From the NCBI RefSeq assembly GCF_963921235.1, contig NC_086097.1, positions 57,972,001-58,036,000 on the forward strand: 64,000 nt of DNA, given 5' to 3'. This document shows positions 24,255-36,807 of this stretch, one piece after another. The notes beneath the pieces were generated by a model that searched no databases, was not told where the DNA came from, and saw only the letters and a program-made list of their open reading frames with translations. A program made the translations under genes and the position numbers. The number at the start of each line of letters is the position of its first letter. The first letter of the stretch is position 1. This DNA comes from Mobula hypostoma (lineage: Eukaryota).

Positions 24255-26290
24255 GAGAGAAAAAACATACATTGTGGGGATGACTTACAGCGGACTGAAA
24301 CGCTTGAGCATATAGACATTAAGAAAGAGGATATGCTAAAGATTTTGAAAAGCATTAAGTTAGATAAGTCATTGGGACTGGATAAGATATACCCCAGGCT
24401 ACTGTGGGAAGAGAAGGAGGAGATTGCTGAGCCTCTTGCGATGATCTTTGCGTCATCAATAGGGACGGGAGGAGTACTGGAGGATTGGAGGTTTGTAAAT
24501 GTTGTTCCCTTGTTAAAGTAAGGGAGCAGAGATAACCCAGGAAATTATAGACCAGTGAGTCTGACTTCAGTGGTGGACAAGCTGTTGGAGAAGATCCTGA
24601 GAGGCAGGATTTATGAGCATTTGGAGAGACATAATCTGATTAGGGATAATCAACATGACTTTGTCAAGGGCAGGTCATGCCTTAATTGAATTCTTTGAGA
24701 ATGTAACAAAACACATTGATGAAGGTTGAGCAGTGGATGTAGTGTATATGGATTTCAGTAAGGCATTTAATAAGGTTCCTGATGCCAGGCTCCTCCAGAA
24801 AGTAAGAAGACATGGGATCCTTGCTTTGTGGATCCAGGATTGGCTTGCCCATAGAAGGCAAAGGGTGGTTGTAGATGGTTTGTATTCTGCATGGAGGTCA
24901 GTGACCAGTGGTGTTCCGCAGGGATCTTCTTCTGGGACCTCTCCTCTTTGTGATTTTTATAAGTGACCTGGATGAGGAAGTAGAACGGTGGGTTAGTAAA
25001 TTTGCTGATGACACAAAGGTTGGGGGTGTTGTGGATAGTCTGGGGTTGTCAGAGATTACAGCGGGACGTTATAACCATATAACCATATAATAATTACTGC
25101 ACCGAAACAGGCCATCTTGGTCCTTCTAGTCCGTGCTGAACTCTTACTCTCACCTAGTCCCACCGACCCGCACTCAGCCCATAACCCTCCATTCCTTTCC
25201 TGTCCATATAGCTATCCAATTTAACTTTAAATGACAACATCGAACCTGCCTCAACCACTTCTGCTGGAAGCTCGTTCCACACAGCTACCACTCTCTGAGT
25301 AAAGAAGTTCCCCCTCATGTTACTCCTGAACTTTTGCCATTTAACTCTCAACTCATGTCCTCTTGTTTGAATCTCCCCCACTCTCAGTGGAAAAAGCCTA
25401 TCCACGTCAACTCTATCTATCCCCCTCATAATTTTAAATACCTCTATATTGATAGAATGCAGAATCGGGCTGAGAAGTGGCAGATGGACTTCAACTCAGA
25501 TAAGTGCAAAGTGGTTCATTTTGGTAGGTCCAATTTGAAGACAGAGTAATATAAATGGTAAGACTCTAGGCAGTGTGGAGGATCTGAGAGATTTTGCAGT
25601 CTGTGTCACTAGGACACTCAAAGCTGCTGCACAGGTTGACAGTGTTGTTAAGAAGGCATATGGTGTGTTTATTCAGCAACTGTGGGATTGAGTTCAAGAG
25701 CCATGAGGCAATCTTACAGCTATGTAAGACCTTGGTCAGACCACACTTGGAGTACTGTGTTCAGTTCTGGTCACCTCACTACAGGAAGGATGTGGATACT
25801 ATAGAGAGAGTGCAGAAGAGATTTACAAGGATGTTGCCTGGATTGGAGGGTGTACCTTAAGAAAATAGGTTGAGTGTACTTGGCCTTTTTTCCTTGGAGC
25901 GACGGAGGATGAGAGGTGATCTGATAAAGGTGTGTAAGATGATGAGGAGCATTGATCATGTGGATAGCCAGAGGCTTTTCCCCAGGTTTGAAATGGCTAA
26001 CACGAGGAGGCATAGTTTTAAGGTGCTTGGAAGTAGGTAGCAAGGTGATGTCAGGCGTAAGTTTTTCACACAGAGAATGGTTGGTGCGTGGAATGCATTG
26101 CCAGAGGCAATAATGGAAGTGGATACAAAGGATCTTTTAAGAGCCTCTTAGATAGATACATGGAACTTAGAAAAATTCTAAAATACGTGCTAGGGAAATT
26201 CTAGGCAGTTTCTAGAGTAGGTTACATGGTCAGCACAACATTGTGGGCCAAAGGGTCTGTAATGTGCTGTAGATCTCTATGTTCTATGTT
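24255..26290 (+). mobile_element. 5'-truncated degraded CR1 containing an antisense CR1 3' end at ~25071-25447
   Basis: MDFSKAFNKV, KFADDTK and VRPHLEYCVQFWSP motifs; (TCTATGT)n tail. The inner element has a (ATAACCAT)n antisense tail. Confidence 0.9.
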
Positions 26291-27522
26291 CATTATGCAA
26301 ATAGAAGCAAGCCAACAGCATCTCAGATCAGACTGTGTAACACAGCCACTTCTGGAGCAGCTGGAGCAGGTCCAAAACCTCAGTCAGAAACGCAAGGCAG
26401 CTGGAACAGATTACAGCCTCAGCACCATGCAGAAAAGAATAAATATTTGTGGGAGAGTGAGCGAAATCAGCCTGACCCTCACCTCCGTACCCGATACTCA
26501 GGCTTCCAGTCTATCTGGGCCGACGTTTGTATTGTTCAGGCACTGAGTAGTGCTACGTTCTAAGACCTGGATCCTGGCAGCCCAATACACTTGGTGTGCC
26601 CAGCCCGAAACCGTTGTTGATCTCACCAAATCGGCGCGGCGCTTGAAGTGGTCCAGCCTCTCACCCGGGTTAAGTGGACAGGCATCAAAACTCTTCCACA
26701 TCAACTCTTCTCCAAATTGGTCGCTCCATCTCCTGCAGTAATACGAACTCCGCCTGTGAATCCAGAGGCTCAAAATCATTGCGCCTCACAATGCTCCAGC
26801 ACAGCTCACCAGCAATCCAGCCTCAACTCCACCTGCCTCCTCAACGTCAGATAATTCACCACAATTTTCTTCAGAAAAGATATAATGTTTTTAGTCAAAT
26901 CTCCTCCCTTGTTTCACCAGTAAGCTGACGCACACCTTCTGTAGTGCTAACTTTATGAGCAGTACAATGAAATATATAATAAATATAGAGAAAAAACTGA
27001 GTTACATTAAGTATATATATGTCTATTAAACGTATGTTAAACTATGTAGTGCAAATAAAAAACAGAAATAAAAAAATCTGTACAATCCCTTGGATTCTCC
27101 TTCACCTCGTCTGCTAGAACAACTTCATGCCTTCTTTTAGCCCTCTTGATTTCTTTCTTAAATGTTCTCTTGCATTTCTTGTACTCCATAAGCACCTCAT
27201 TTGTTCCAACTTGCCTATACCTTCTATGCACCTCCTTTTTTCTCTGAACCAGGGCTTCAATATCTCTTCAAAACTAAGGTTCTCTACAATTGTTTGCTTA
27301 ACCTTTTATTCTGACAGGCACATACAATCTTTTTACTCTCAAAATTTTGCTTTTGAAGGCTTCCCACTTACCAAGTACAACTTTTGCCAGAAAATGGTCT
27401 GTCCTAGCCTACACTTGGCAGATCATTTCCGATACCATCAAAATTGGCCTTTCTCCAATTTAGAATCTCACCCATGGACCAGACTTATTTTTTTGCATAC
27501 TTACTTTGAAATTTAATGGCAT

Positions 27523-28906
27523 ATTTGATGTTTAATTGCATATATGAGACTGGTGTATTGCCGGACGACCTCTTGAAATCAGTATTTATAACTCTGCCAA
27601 AAATTCCTGGAATGATTGACTGCGAAAATTATAGAGCAATCAGTCTTATGAGTCACATAATAAAGATTTTGTTGAAAGTTGTTCTGAGTCAAATTAAAAA
27701 CAAGTTAAGACCAGAAACTTCTAAACTGCAATAAGGATTTATTGAGGATAGAGGAACTAGGAACGCAATTTTCATACTACAAATGCTTTCAGAAAGGGCA
27801 ATTGAATATGAAAATGATATCTTTTTATGTTTTATTGATTTCACTAAAGCATTCGACAAAGTGCAACATGAAAAATTATTTCTAATTCTCGCTAAATTAA
27901 ACATTGACGGAAGGGACCAACAACTGCTTCAAAATTTATATTGGAATCAAATGGCAGCAGTAAAAATTGATGATAATGTAAGCAGTTGGACTAAAATTCA
28001 AAGAGGAGTTAGACAGGGATGCGTTGTCTCACTGGAATTATTTAATATCTATAGTGAAATGATTCTCAGAGAAATAGACCTAGATGGGATAAAAATTGGA
28101 GGTGTTAACATCAACAATATAAGTTATGCAAACGATACCACCCTAATAGCAAGTGCTGCAGAAGACCTTCAAATCCTCCTAGACAAAGTAGTACAATCAA
28201 GTGCAGATTTTGGTCTAACCATCAACTGTAAAAAAACCAAATGTGTGGTAATATCAAAACAGCAGGATACTCCCAACTACCAATTGAACATCAGTAACCA
28301 AGAGATTGAACAAAAGACCAGCTTTAATTACCTTGGTAGCTTTATATCACAAGATGCTAGAAGTAAAGTAGAAATAAAAAGAAGAATTGCCATCACCAAA
28401 ACCAACTTCCAAAAAATGAAACACATTTTTACCAACAGACACATCTCTATGACAACAAGGCTGAGGCTACTAAAATGTTACATATGGTCAATCTTGCTGT
28501 ATGCTTCCAAAAAAACATGGATTATAACACCAGAACTCCAAAGAAACTTAGAAGCAACAGATATTTGGTTTCCTAGAAGAATGCTGAAAATATCATATAG
28601 AGATAGGGTAACCAGTGAGACAGTACTCCAACGTGCCCATACCAAAAGCTCTTTAATGAGAACATTAAATGAGAGAAAAGTTAAATTCCTGGGCCATGTC
28701 ATCAGAAAGGGAGAAATAGAATACCGTACATTACAAGGCCGTATGCCTGGGAAACGCGGAAGAGAAAGGCACAGAAGAAACATTGTCACTGCGAAAGAGC
28801 TAACAAATCTAAATGTGCAAGATATCATTGATGTTGCGAGGGATCGTTCGATGTGGAGAGCCATGATCACCCAAGCATGTAACGCACAAGGCACATGAAG
28901 AAGAAG
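27523..28906 (+). mobile_element. 5'-truncated RTE-clade LINE (RT, disabled)
   Basis: CENYRAISLMSH, FIDFTKAFDKV, RGVRQGC, YAND (catalytic YADD mutated), GRMPGKRGR; stop at 27732; (GAA)n tail; ~19-bp TSD ACTTTGAAAT(T)TAATGGCAT at 27503-27522 and 28907-28925. Confidence 0.92.
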
Positions 28907-29997
28907 ACTTTGAAATTAATGGCATTGTGGTCACTAGGTGCAAAGTGTTCCCTACACAAACTTCTGTCACCTGCCCTGTCTCACTCCCTAATAGGAGACC
29001 AGTACCGCATCTCATTCATTTTGATTTGCATTACGGGGAATACGTCAAGAGGAGTGTCCTGTCTCATAAATTTTTCATGTATTTCCTTTTCCAAGGGTAA
29101 AGGGACATCCATCAGCATTTCCATGATTAGTCAGCCTCTTGAATTCAATCTTGTAATTGTGTCCTCCAAGAAACAGAGCCTCATCTCTGCATTCGTGCTC
29201 CTCCTGTTAGTGGAACTTCCTTCTGTGGATTGAAAATGGACATTAGTGGTTGATGATCAGTAACAAGGGTAAATTCTCTTCCATACAAATACTGGTTGAA
29301 AAGTTTTACCCCCAAAACGAAACTCAAGGTCCCTTTATCAATCTGTTTCTGTGCAGTGGCAGGGGAACATGAGGCAAAGACCATAAATAAAGGTCTTTTA
29401 TTGCAATCACTCATATCATGTGTCATGACTGCACCTATACCCTAAGGTGACCCATCACAAGCAAGCTTCGCTGGATGATGTGGATCACAATGTGTGAGTA
29501 CAGTGTCTGATGCCACTATTTCCTTTACATTGCTTTATCCATTGCCATTTCTTCCCGATCTGCAGTGTTGAGTTCAAGGGGTGGAGTACAGTAGCCAGGT
29601 TTGGCAGGAACCTGTTAAACTAATTGACAAGTCCTAAAAAGGACCATAACTGTCCTCTGAGCAGCCTTACAGTACCTGGTCCATAAATTTCTGCCAGAGT
29701 GCAGGTGCAGATGCTACTCCAAAAATAAGCCTAATAAAGCAATAAAGTCCTTTATAAGTGTTTATGGTGGGAAACACTTTAGTTGTTCATTATGCTCTAT
29801 GTCGTATGACTTGGACAATCATGCTCTTTCCATGACCATGATTGTTTCTGGCAAATATTTCTACAGAAGTTGTCATTGCCTTCTTCTGGGTAGAGTCTTT
29901 GCAAGACGGGTGATCTGAGCCATTATCAATACTCTTCAAAGAATTTTTTCAAAGATAGATTTCATATTGTAAATTTAAAGACTAACAATAGACAAGC

Positions 29998-30145
29998 AAA
30001 CAAGAGAAAATCTGTAGATGCTGGAAATCAAAGCAACACACAAAAAATGCTAGAGGAACTCAGCAGGCCAGGCAGCATCTATGGAAAAGAGTAAACAGTC
30101 GAAGATTTCGGCCTAGACCTTTCAACAGGATGGGAAAAAAGATGA
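29998..30145 (-). mobile_element. Penelope pseudo-LTR fragment with a decayed hammerhead motif
   Basis: Minus strand reads CTGTTGA-AAGGTCTAGGCC-GAAATCTTCGACTG followed by the PLE 3' end. Confidence 0.8.
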
Positions 30146-30214
30146 GATTAGGTTGTAAATCACCCCCATCATTGCAAAGTGCTTTGAGAGACTAGTTTAT
30201 CACATCTGAAATCT

Positions 30215-32376
30215 TGTCTGCCCACTACCCTGGACCCCCATCAATTTGCCTATCACACCAACAGGTCAACAGAGGATGCTATTGTTGTGGCGTGGATGAA
30301 ATCACTGGAGAGACACAGTCACTGGTAGATACAAAGCAGCTTCTTTATTCGACACAAGGTACAGCAGGCATCATATGGATGGAGACGCTTTCTGTAGAAA
30401 GGTCTGCTAGCCCAATGTGGGCTCTGTATTTATATGCTAAACACAAAAGGCAATTGCTACTTTCAAAGTTATAGATAATGCATAGACAATGCTTCCTTTT
30501 GAAGCTACATACAAAACATCACACCTTCTGACTTCATCCTTTCCTCCTGACGCCAACATGTCTGGGTTGGTACTCCCAGCCTTTAGGAATGCAAGTTAAA
30601 TCCACAGTACATTTATTTGGTATTTTATGTGCTACATAGAGGACAATTAATATTTATAACGTATAGATAATACTGTCTTCAAAACTACAGCATCTGGTCA
30701 ACCTACGGCATCAGCAGCATCTGGTATTCACAGCTTTTAGGAAATACATTGTTATGAAGTCAATCCACAGTACTTTGTCAAACAGAAGACTGGTGGCCAG
30801 AGTCAGTTAAGTGTAAATGAATCATCTACCCAAAACTCACTCTAACACCATCTCCACGGCACTTCACTCTGCCCTGACCCACCTGGACAGCCCCAACTCA
30901 TTGACTTTAGTTCAGCATTCAATACTGTGATCCCCGCCAAGCTGGTTGCCAAACTTCGCCAGCTTGGTATCAGCTCATCCCTTTGCAATTGGACCTTGGA
31001 CCTTCTGACTAACAGACCCCAATCAGTTAAGTTAGACAACCTCTCCTCCTCCACTCTCACCCTGAACACCGGTGTGCCTCAAGGCTGTGTGCTGAGCCAT
31101 CTTCTGTACTCCCTTTTCACCTATGACAGTGTTCCTGTACATGGTTCTAACTCCATAATCAAGTTTGCAGATGACACCACGGTGGTTGGCCTGATCGGCC
31201 TACAGGGACGAGGTCCAGCACCTGACCGCATGGTGTGCCGACAACAACCTGGCCCTTAACGCCCAAAAGACAAGGAGATCATTGTGGACTTCAGGCATGC
31301 TAGGAGCCACACTCACGTCCCCATCTACATCAACAGAGCTGTAGTGGAGCGTGTATCAAGTTTCAAATTCCTTGGTGTCCACATTTCCGAGGATCTCACC
31401 TGGTCCCTGAACTCCTCCATCCTGATCAAAAAAGTGCAACAGCGCCTTTATTTCCTGCGGAGCATCAAGAAAGCTCACCTCTGTCCCAGGATACTGATGG
31501 ACTTTTACTGCTGTACCACTGAGAGCATACTCACCAACTTCATCTCAGTGTGGTATGGAAATTGTCCCGTATCGGACTGCAAAGCACTCCAGCGTGTGGT
31601 GAAAACTGCCCAGCGGATTATCTGCACCCAATTGCCCACCATTGAGAATATCTACCATAAACGCTGCCTGGGCAGGGCGAAAAGCATTATCAAGGATGCA
31701 TCTCACCCTAACCATGGACTTTTTACTCTCCTCCCATCTGGTAGGCGCTACAGGAGCCTCCACTCCCGCACCAGCAGGCACAGGAAGAGCTTCTTCCCTG
31801 AGGCTGTGACACTGCTGAACCTCACATCACAGTGCTAAGCTGTATTGCATCCATATTGTACTGTTTCAGTACTCATACTTTACTTTATTGTCGTCAAACA
31901 ATTGATACTAGAGCGTACAATCATTACAGCGATATTTGATTCTGCGCTTTGCGCTCCCTGGAGTACAAGTCGATAGTAAATAGCAAACATTTAAATTATA
32001 GATCATAAATAGAAATTAGAAAAGAGAACGTAAGGTAGTGCAAAAAAACCGAGAGGCAGGTCCGGATATTTGAAGGGTACAGTCCAGATCCAGGTCAGGA
32101 TCTGTTCAGCAGTCTTATCACAGTTGGAAAGAAGGTGTTCTTAAATCTGGCCGTACGAGTCTTCATGCTCCTGAGACTTCACCCGGAGGGAAGAGGGACG
32201 AAAAGTGTGCTTTATATTTGTGTGCTGTAGCACTTAATTTTTATTCACAGTTATTTTGTAAATAACACTATTCTTTGCTTTTCTGGTTAGATGCTAACTG
32301 CATTTCATTGGCTTTGTATCTGTACTCGGCACGTTGACAATAAAGTTGAATCTAATCTGATCTAATCTAAATCTAA
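30215..32376 (+). mobile_element. Rex1/Babar-like LINE (RT + C-terminal region) interrupted by a solo LTR and an antisense Rex tail (~31875-32208)
   Basis: [56 protein letters not shown]; (TCTAA)n tail. Confidence 0.9.
30283..30847 (-). mobile_element. Solo LTR (565 bp)
   Basis: TG...CA ends; 4-bp TSD CTAT/CCAT (one mismatch) whose removal restores the Rex frame STEDAIST; minus-strand TATA (~30430) and AATAAA (~30345); internal imperfect repeats. Confidence 0.75.
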
Positions 32377-33079
32377 AGAGTAACTACTCCTGTGTCACTC
32401 TCATCATTATCAGATTTTTCATCAACAACATGCAGATTAGTGCTCTTCCGTGCTCTGCAACTTGACTTTTTATCTTTTTCTCTTCCCTGTGCAGTCCATT
32501 TATTTTTGCTTGCCTGACATGGTCTTTGTATGAGTCCTACTTTGTAGCATTTTCTGCAAGTTTCACCTTAAAAATCTGCATTGGTCTGGTGTATGTGAAT
32601 CCCTGCCACAACAGTAACACAATTTGTTTTGCCAGGCTGGCTTCTTTTAATACGTTGCAATTTTGTTCACGCTCACTTTCATTCCTGATTGCAATTCAGT
32701 TGCATCTCAGTTATTTCCATTGATACAGCTATTCCAGCTTCTCTTTGAAATGTGAGTTGTGCTTCAATTAGGAGCCATTTTTAAATGCTTCCTTGTAAGA
32801 TTCCACAAATAAACAATCTCTGTGCATCATTAAGCCCATCACTGAACTGACAATGCTGAAATAATTTCTTCAATTCAGCATGTATGCTGAAATGGACTCC
32901 CTCTCCTTTTGATTCTGTTTATGAAACCGAAAGCATTTTGCAGTCAACAATGGTTCTAAAAGTTCCTGCATTACTTACACGATATTAGCAAAGCTCGTTT
33001 GGTTGGAGCAGGTAAACTTCTAAGCAAGCTGTATGCTCTTCCATCTAATACACTCTGCAAAGCTGGCACTCACTTTGCA

Positions 33080-35652
33080 TGCAACACCCATAAAAATTGC
33101 TGGGGAACACAGCAGGCTGGGCAACATCTATAGGAAGAGGTACAGTCGATCTTTCGGGCCGAGACCCTTCGTCAGGACTAACTGAAGGAAGAGCTGGTAA
33201 GAAATTTGAAAGTGGGAGAGGGAGGGGGAGATCCAAAATGATAGGAGAAGACAGGAGGGGGAGGGATGGAGCCAAGAGCTGGAAAGTTGATTGGCAAAAG
33301 GGATATGAGAGGATCATGGGACAGGAGGCCTAGGGAGAAAGAAAGGGGGAGGGGGGAAGCCCAGAGGATGTCAGGGAGTATAGTGAGAGGGACAGAGGGA
33401 GAAAAAGGAGAGAGAAAAAAAATAAAATTATATCTATATATATAATAAATGAATAATGGATGGGGTACGAAGGGGAGGTGGGGCATTAACAGAAGTTAGA
33501 GGTCAATGTTCATGCCATCAGGTTGGAGGCTACCCAGACGGAATATAAGGTGTTGTTCCTCCAACCTGAGTGTGGCTTCATCTTGACAGTAGAGGAGGCC
33601 GTGGATAGACATATCAGAATGGGAATGGGATGTGGAATTAAAATGTGTGGCCACTGGGAAATCCTGCTTTCTCTGGCAGACAGAGCGTAGGTGTTCAGCG
33701 AAACCTGCGTCGGGTCTCGCCAATATATAAAAGGCCACATCGGGAGCACCGGACGCAATATATCACCCCAGCCATATCACAGGTGAAGTGTTGCCTCACC
33801 TGGAAGGACTGTCTGGGAACCTGAATGGTGGTGAGGGAGGAAGTGTAAGGGCATGTGTAGCACTTGTTCCGTTTACAAGGATATGTGCCGGGAGGGAGAT
33901 CAGTGGGAAGGGATGGGAGGAACGAATGGACAAGGGAGTCACATAGGGAGCGCTCCCTGTGGAAAACAGAGAGAGGGAGGGAGGGAAAGATGTGCTTAGT
34001 GGTGGGATCCCATTGGAGGTGGCAGAAGTTGCGGAGAATTATATGTTGGACCCGGAGGCTGGTGGGGTGGTAGGTGAGGACAAGGGGAACCCTATTCCTA
34101 GTGGGGTGGCGGGAGGATGGGGTGAGAGCAGATGTGTGTGAAATAGGAGTGATGCGTTTGAGAGCAGAGTTGATGGTGGAGGAAGGGAAGCCCCTTTCTT
34201 TAAAAAAGGACATCTCCTTCATCCTGGAATGAAAAACCTCATCCTGAGAGCAGATGCGGCGGAGATGGAGGAATTGTGAGAAGGGGATGGAATTTTTGCA
34301 AGAAACAGGGTGAGAAGAGGAATAGTCCAGGTAGCTGTGGGAGTCCATAGGCTTATAGTAGACATCAGTAGATAAGCTGTCTCCAGAGATAGAGACAGAA
34401 AGATCCAGAAAGGGGAGGGAGGTGTCGAAAATGGACCAGGTAAACTTGAGGGCAGGGTGAAAGTTGGAGGCAAAGTTAATGAAGTCAATGAGCTCAGCAT
34501 GCGTGCAGGAAGCAGGGCCAATGCAGTCGTCGATGTAGTGAAGAAAAAGTTGGGGACAAATACCAGTATAGTTTTGGAACATGGATTGTTCCACAAAGTC
34601 AACTAAAAGGCAGGCATAGCTGGGATCCATACAGGTGCCCATGGCTACACCTTTAGTTTGGAGGAAGTTGGAGGAGCTAAAGGAGAAATTATTAAGAGTA
34701 AGGACTAATTCTGCTAGACGGAGCAGATTGGTGGTAGAGGGGATCTGGTTAGGTCTGGAATCTAAAAAGAAGCGGAGAGCTTTGAGACCTTCCTGGTGGG
34801 GGATGGAAGTATACAGGGACTGGACATCCATGGTGAAAATAAAGCGGTGGGGGCCAGGGAACTTAAAATCATTGAAAAATTTCACAGCGTGAGGGGTGTC
34901 ACGAACATAGGTAGGAAGGGATTGGACAAGGGGTGATAAAACAGTGTCGAGGTATGCAGAAACGAGTTCGGTGGAGCAGGAGCAAGCTGAGACAATAGGT
35001 CGGCCAGGACAGGCGGGTTTGTGGATCTTGGGTAGGAGGTAGAAACAGGAAGTGCGGGGTGAGGGAACTATAAGGTTGGTAGCAGTGGATGGGAGATCCC
35101 CTGAGCGGATAAAGTCGGTGATGGTTTGGGAGACAATGGTCTGGCGCTCCTTAGTGGGGTCATGATGGAGGGGTAAATAAGAAGAGGTATCCGCGAGTTG
35201 TTGCTGTGCCTCGGTAGAGGTCAGTGCGCCAGACTACAACAGCACCCCCCTTATCGGCGGGTTTTATAGTACGGTTAGGATTAGTGCGGAGGGAGTGGAG
35301 AGCAGAGCGTTCCAAAGGAGTGAGGTTGGAATGGGGACATGGTGCGGTGAAGTCGAGACAGTTGATGTCCCATCGGCAATTAGTGATAAAGAGATCCAGA
35401 GCAGGCAGAAGACCAGAGCGGGGTGTTCATGAAGAAGAGGAGGGTTGAAGATGGGAGAAGGAGTCACCGATGGGGGTGGGAGAGTCCTTGCCGAAGAAGT
35501 AGGCTCGAAGATGGAGCCAGTGGAAGAAGAGTTCAGCGTCATGGCGAATGCGGAATTTGCTGAGGTGTGGGTGAAGAGGGACAAAGGTGAGGCCCTTACT
35601 GAGGACAGAGCATTCTGCCTCAGAGAGTTGAATGTCAGAGGGGATGGTAAAG
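33080..35652 (-). mobile_element. Penelope-like element (probably Neptune group): RT + GIY-YIG endonuclease, 5'-truncated
   Basis: KPADKGGAVV, LPKIHK..PGRPIVS, MDVQSLYTSIP, KGVAMG, YIDD, Cys linker CKRNKCYTC and VIYCVRCSRCGLLYIGET. Inserted into Gypsy gag. Confidence 0.93.
33143..33180 (-). ncRNA. Minimal type I hammerhead ribozyme motif (mutated stem III)
   Basis: UAGUC-CUGACGA-A-GGGUCUCGGCCC-GAAA-GAUC-GACUG: conserved core boxes, GGG/CCC stem II, AGUC/GACU stem I. Confidence 0.75.
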
Positions 35653-36023
35653 ACCTAGCGCAGATGAGGTTTGTGATTGGCTGTTTAATTTGCTTTAAAA
35701 TACTGCTCAATTAACTCTGTATACAATATTCAGTTATCTTTTCTATAATCAAATGTATTTACCTTTCCAATGTAGCCATCTATTTCTTATTTTTTAAATT
35801 TATTATTATTGTCACCCAGTACTCACTGTTTATGAATCTGTGAACCATTCATTTCTGCCTTTTTTAAAATTTGACCATCTCTGTCTCTTCTTGATGAAGC
35901 ATGTGCTGCATTTTTTTTTCACTTGACCATTTCTTACTACACTTTTTAAAAACTTGAACGTCTCGCTGCACTTTAACAGGTAAGTGGTCGTCTCAGGTTC
36001 ATTTAAAACCTCCTTGTCGCCGC

Positions 36024-36264
36024 TGTAATGTGTTTTTATCTCCAAAACATAAAACCTAATCGAAAGAAAAATATGGAGCCAGGAGATGTGTGTCTTAATT
36101 TTGCTTTCACTTTTAGCTTGATGTGCACATATGACATGATGGCATGATGACGTATGCCATTCACATACTTTTGCATATAACCTGTAATAAATTATTTCAA
36201 CGAACAAAGAATGCCGAATCAAACAATATATTTACAATATTACTGGAATATTAAATACACAATA
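36024..36264 (-). repeat. 5' LTR of Gypsy copy A
   Basis: Begins TGT next to a PBS-like motif; clearly similar to the LTR at 61614-61874. Confidence 0.8.
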
Positions 36265-36807
36265 ATTCTGTCAGTAAATTGAGATTCTCTTGGGGTTTCT
36301 TTGACTCCTGAAGGCTTGCCATGTGAATAAAGACTTTTATGTTTCCCAGTTACTGCTTTTGAGTGACTTAGTTTTACTTCAGTCACAATACCTATGACAA
36401 CATACAGTTCTCTTGGGTGATCCTTTTTCCACATCCGACTCCCCCAAAATACTAAATAAATGTTTTTCTAAGAGATATTAAGTACCTTTGGATGTTGCTC
36501 AGGGAAGCTGTCTAGGTCCCTTACTCTTCTTCTTATACATGCTTTCCTTAGGAGGCATTATTACCACAGTTATGCAGATGACACACCATTGTATAACTCA
36601 TTTGAGACTGATGACAATAACACCATATCTTCTCTGACTTTTGGTACAGCTGCAATAAACAAATGGATGAGCAATAGTTTCCTAAAACTAAATGAAGAGA
36701 AAACTGAGATACTCTGGTTGGTCCAAAGCCAAAGGAGATAAACTTCTTCACAAACTTGGGAGCTTGGCTTCTTTTGTAAAATTAGAAGTAACAAGTTGGG
36801 TGTTACC

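Larger units (their letters stand above)
22300..29015 (-). mobile_element. CR1 LINE fragmented by nested insertions (pieces ~22300-22336, 22798-24135, 27078-27522, 28907-29015)
   Basis: Minus-strand ORF pieces VRPNLEYCMQFWSP, VDKSPEPD, KKEIKRAKRRHE and GQVTEVCVG are collinear with CR1 ORF2. Confidence 0.85.
29015..36264 (-). mobile_element. Degraded Gypsy LTR retrotransposon, copy A (5' LTR, PBS, gag, RT/RNaseH remnants)
   Basis: LTR 36024-36264; PBS-like GCGGCGACAAGG at 36012-36023 (minus strand); gag with CCHC-like knuckle at ~32400-33075 and 35670-35790; [23 protein letters not shown] (~29700); YLYGREFTLVTDHQPL (~29270). Confidence 0.85.
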
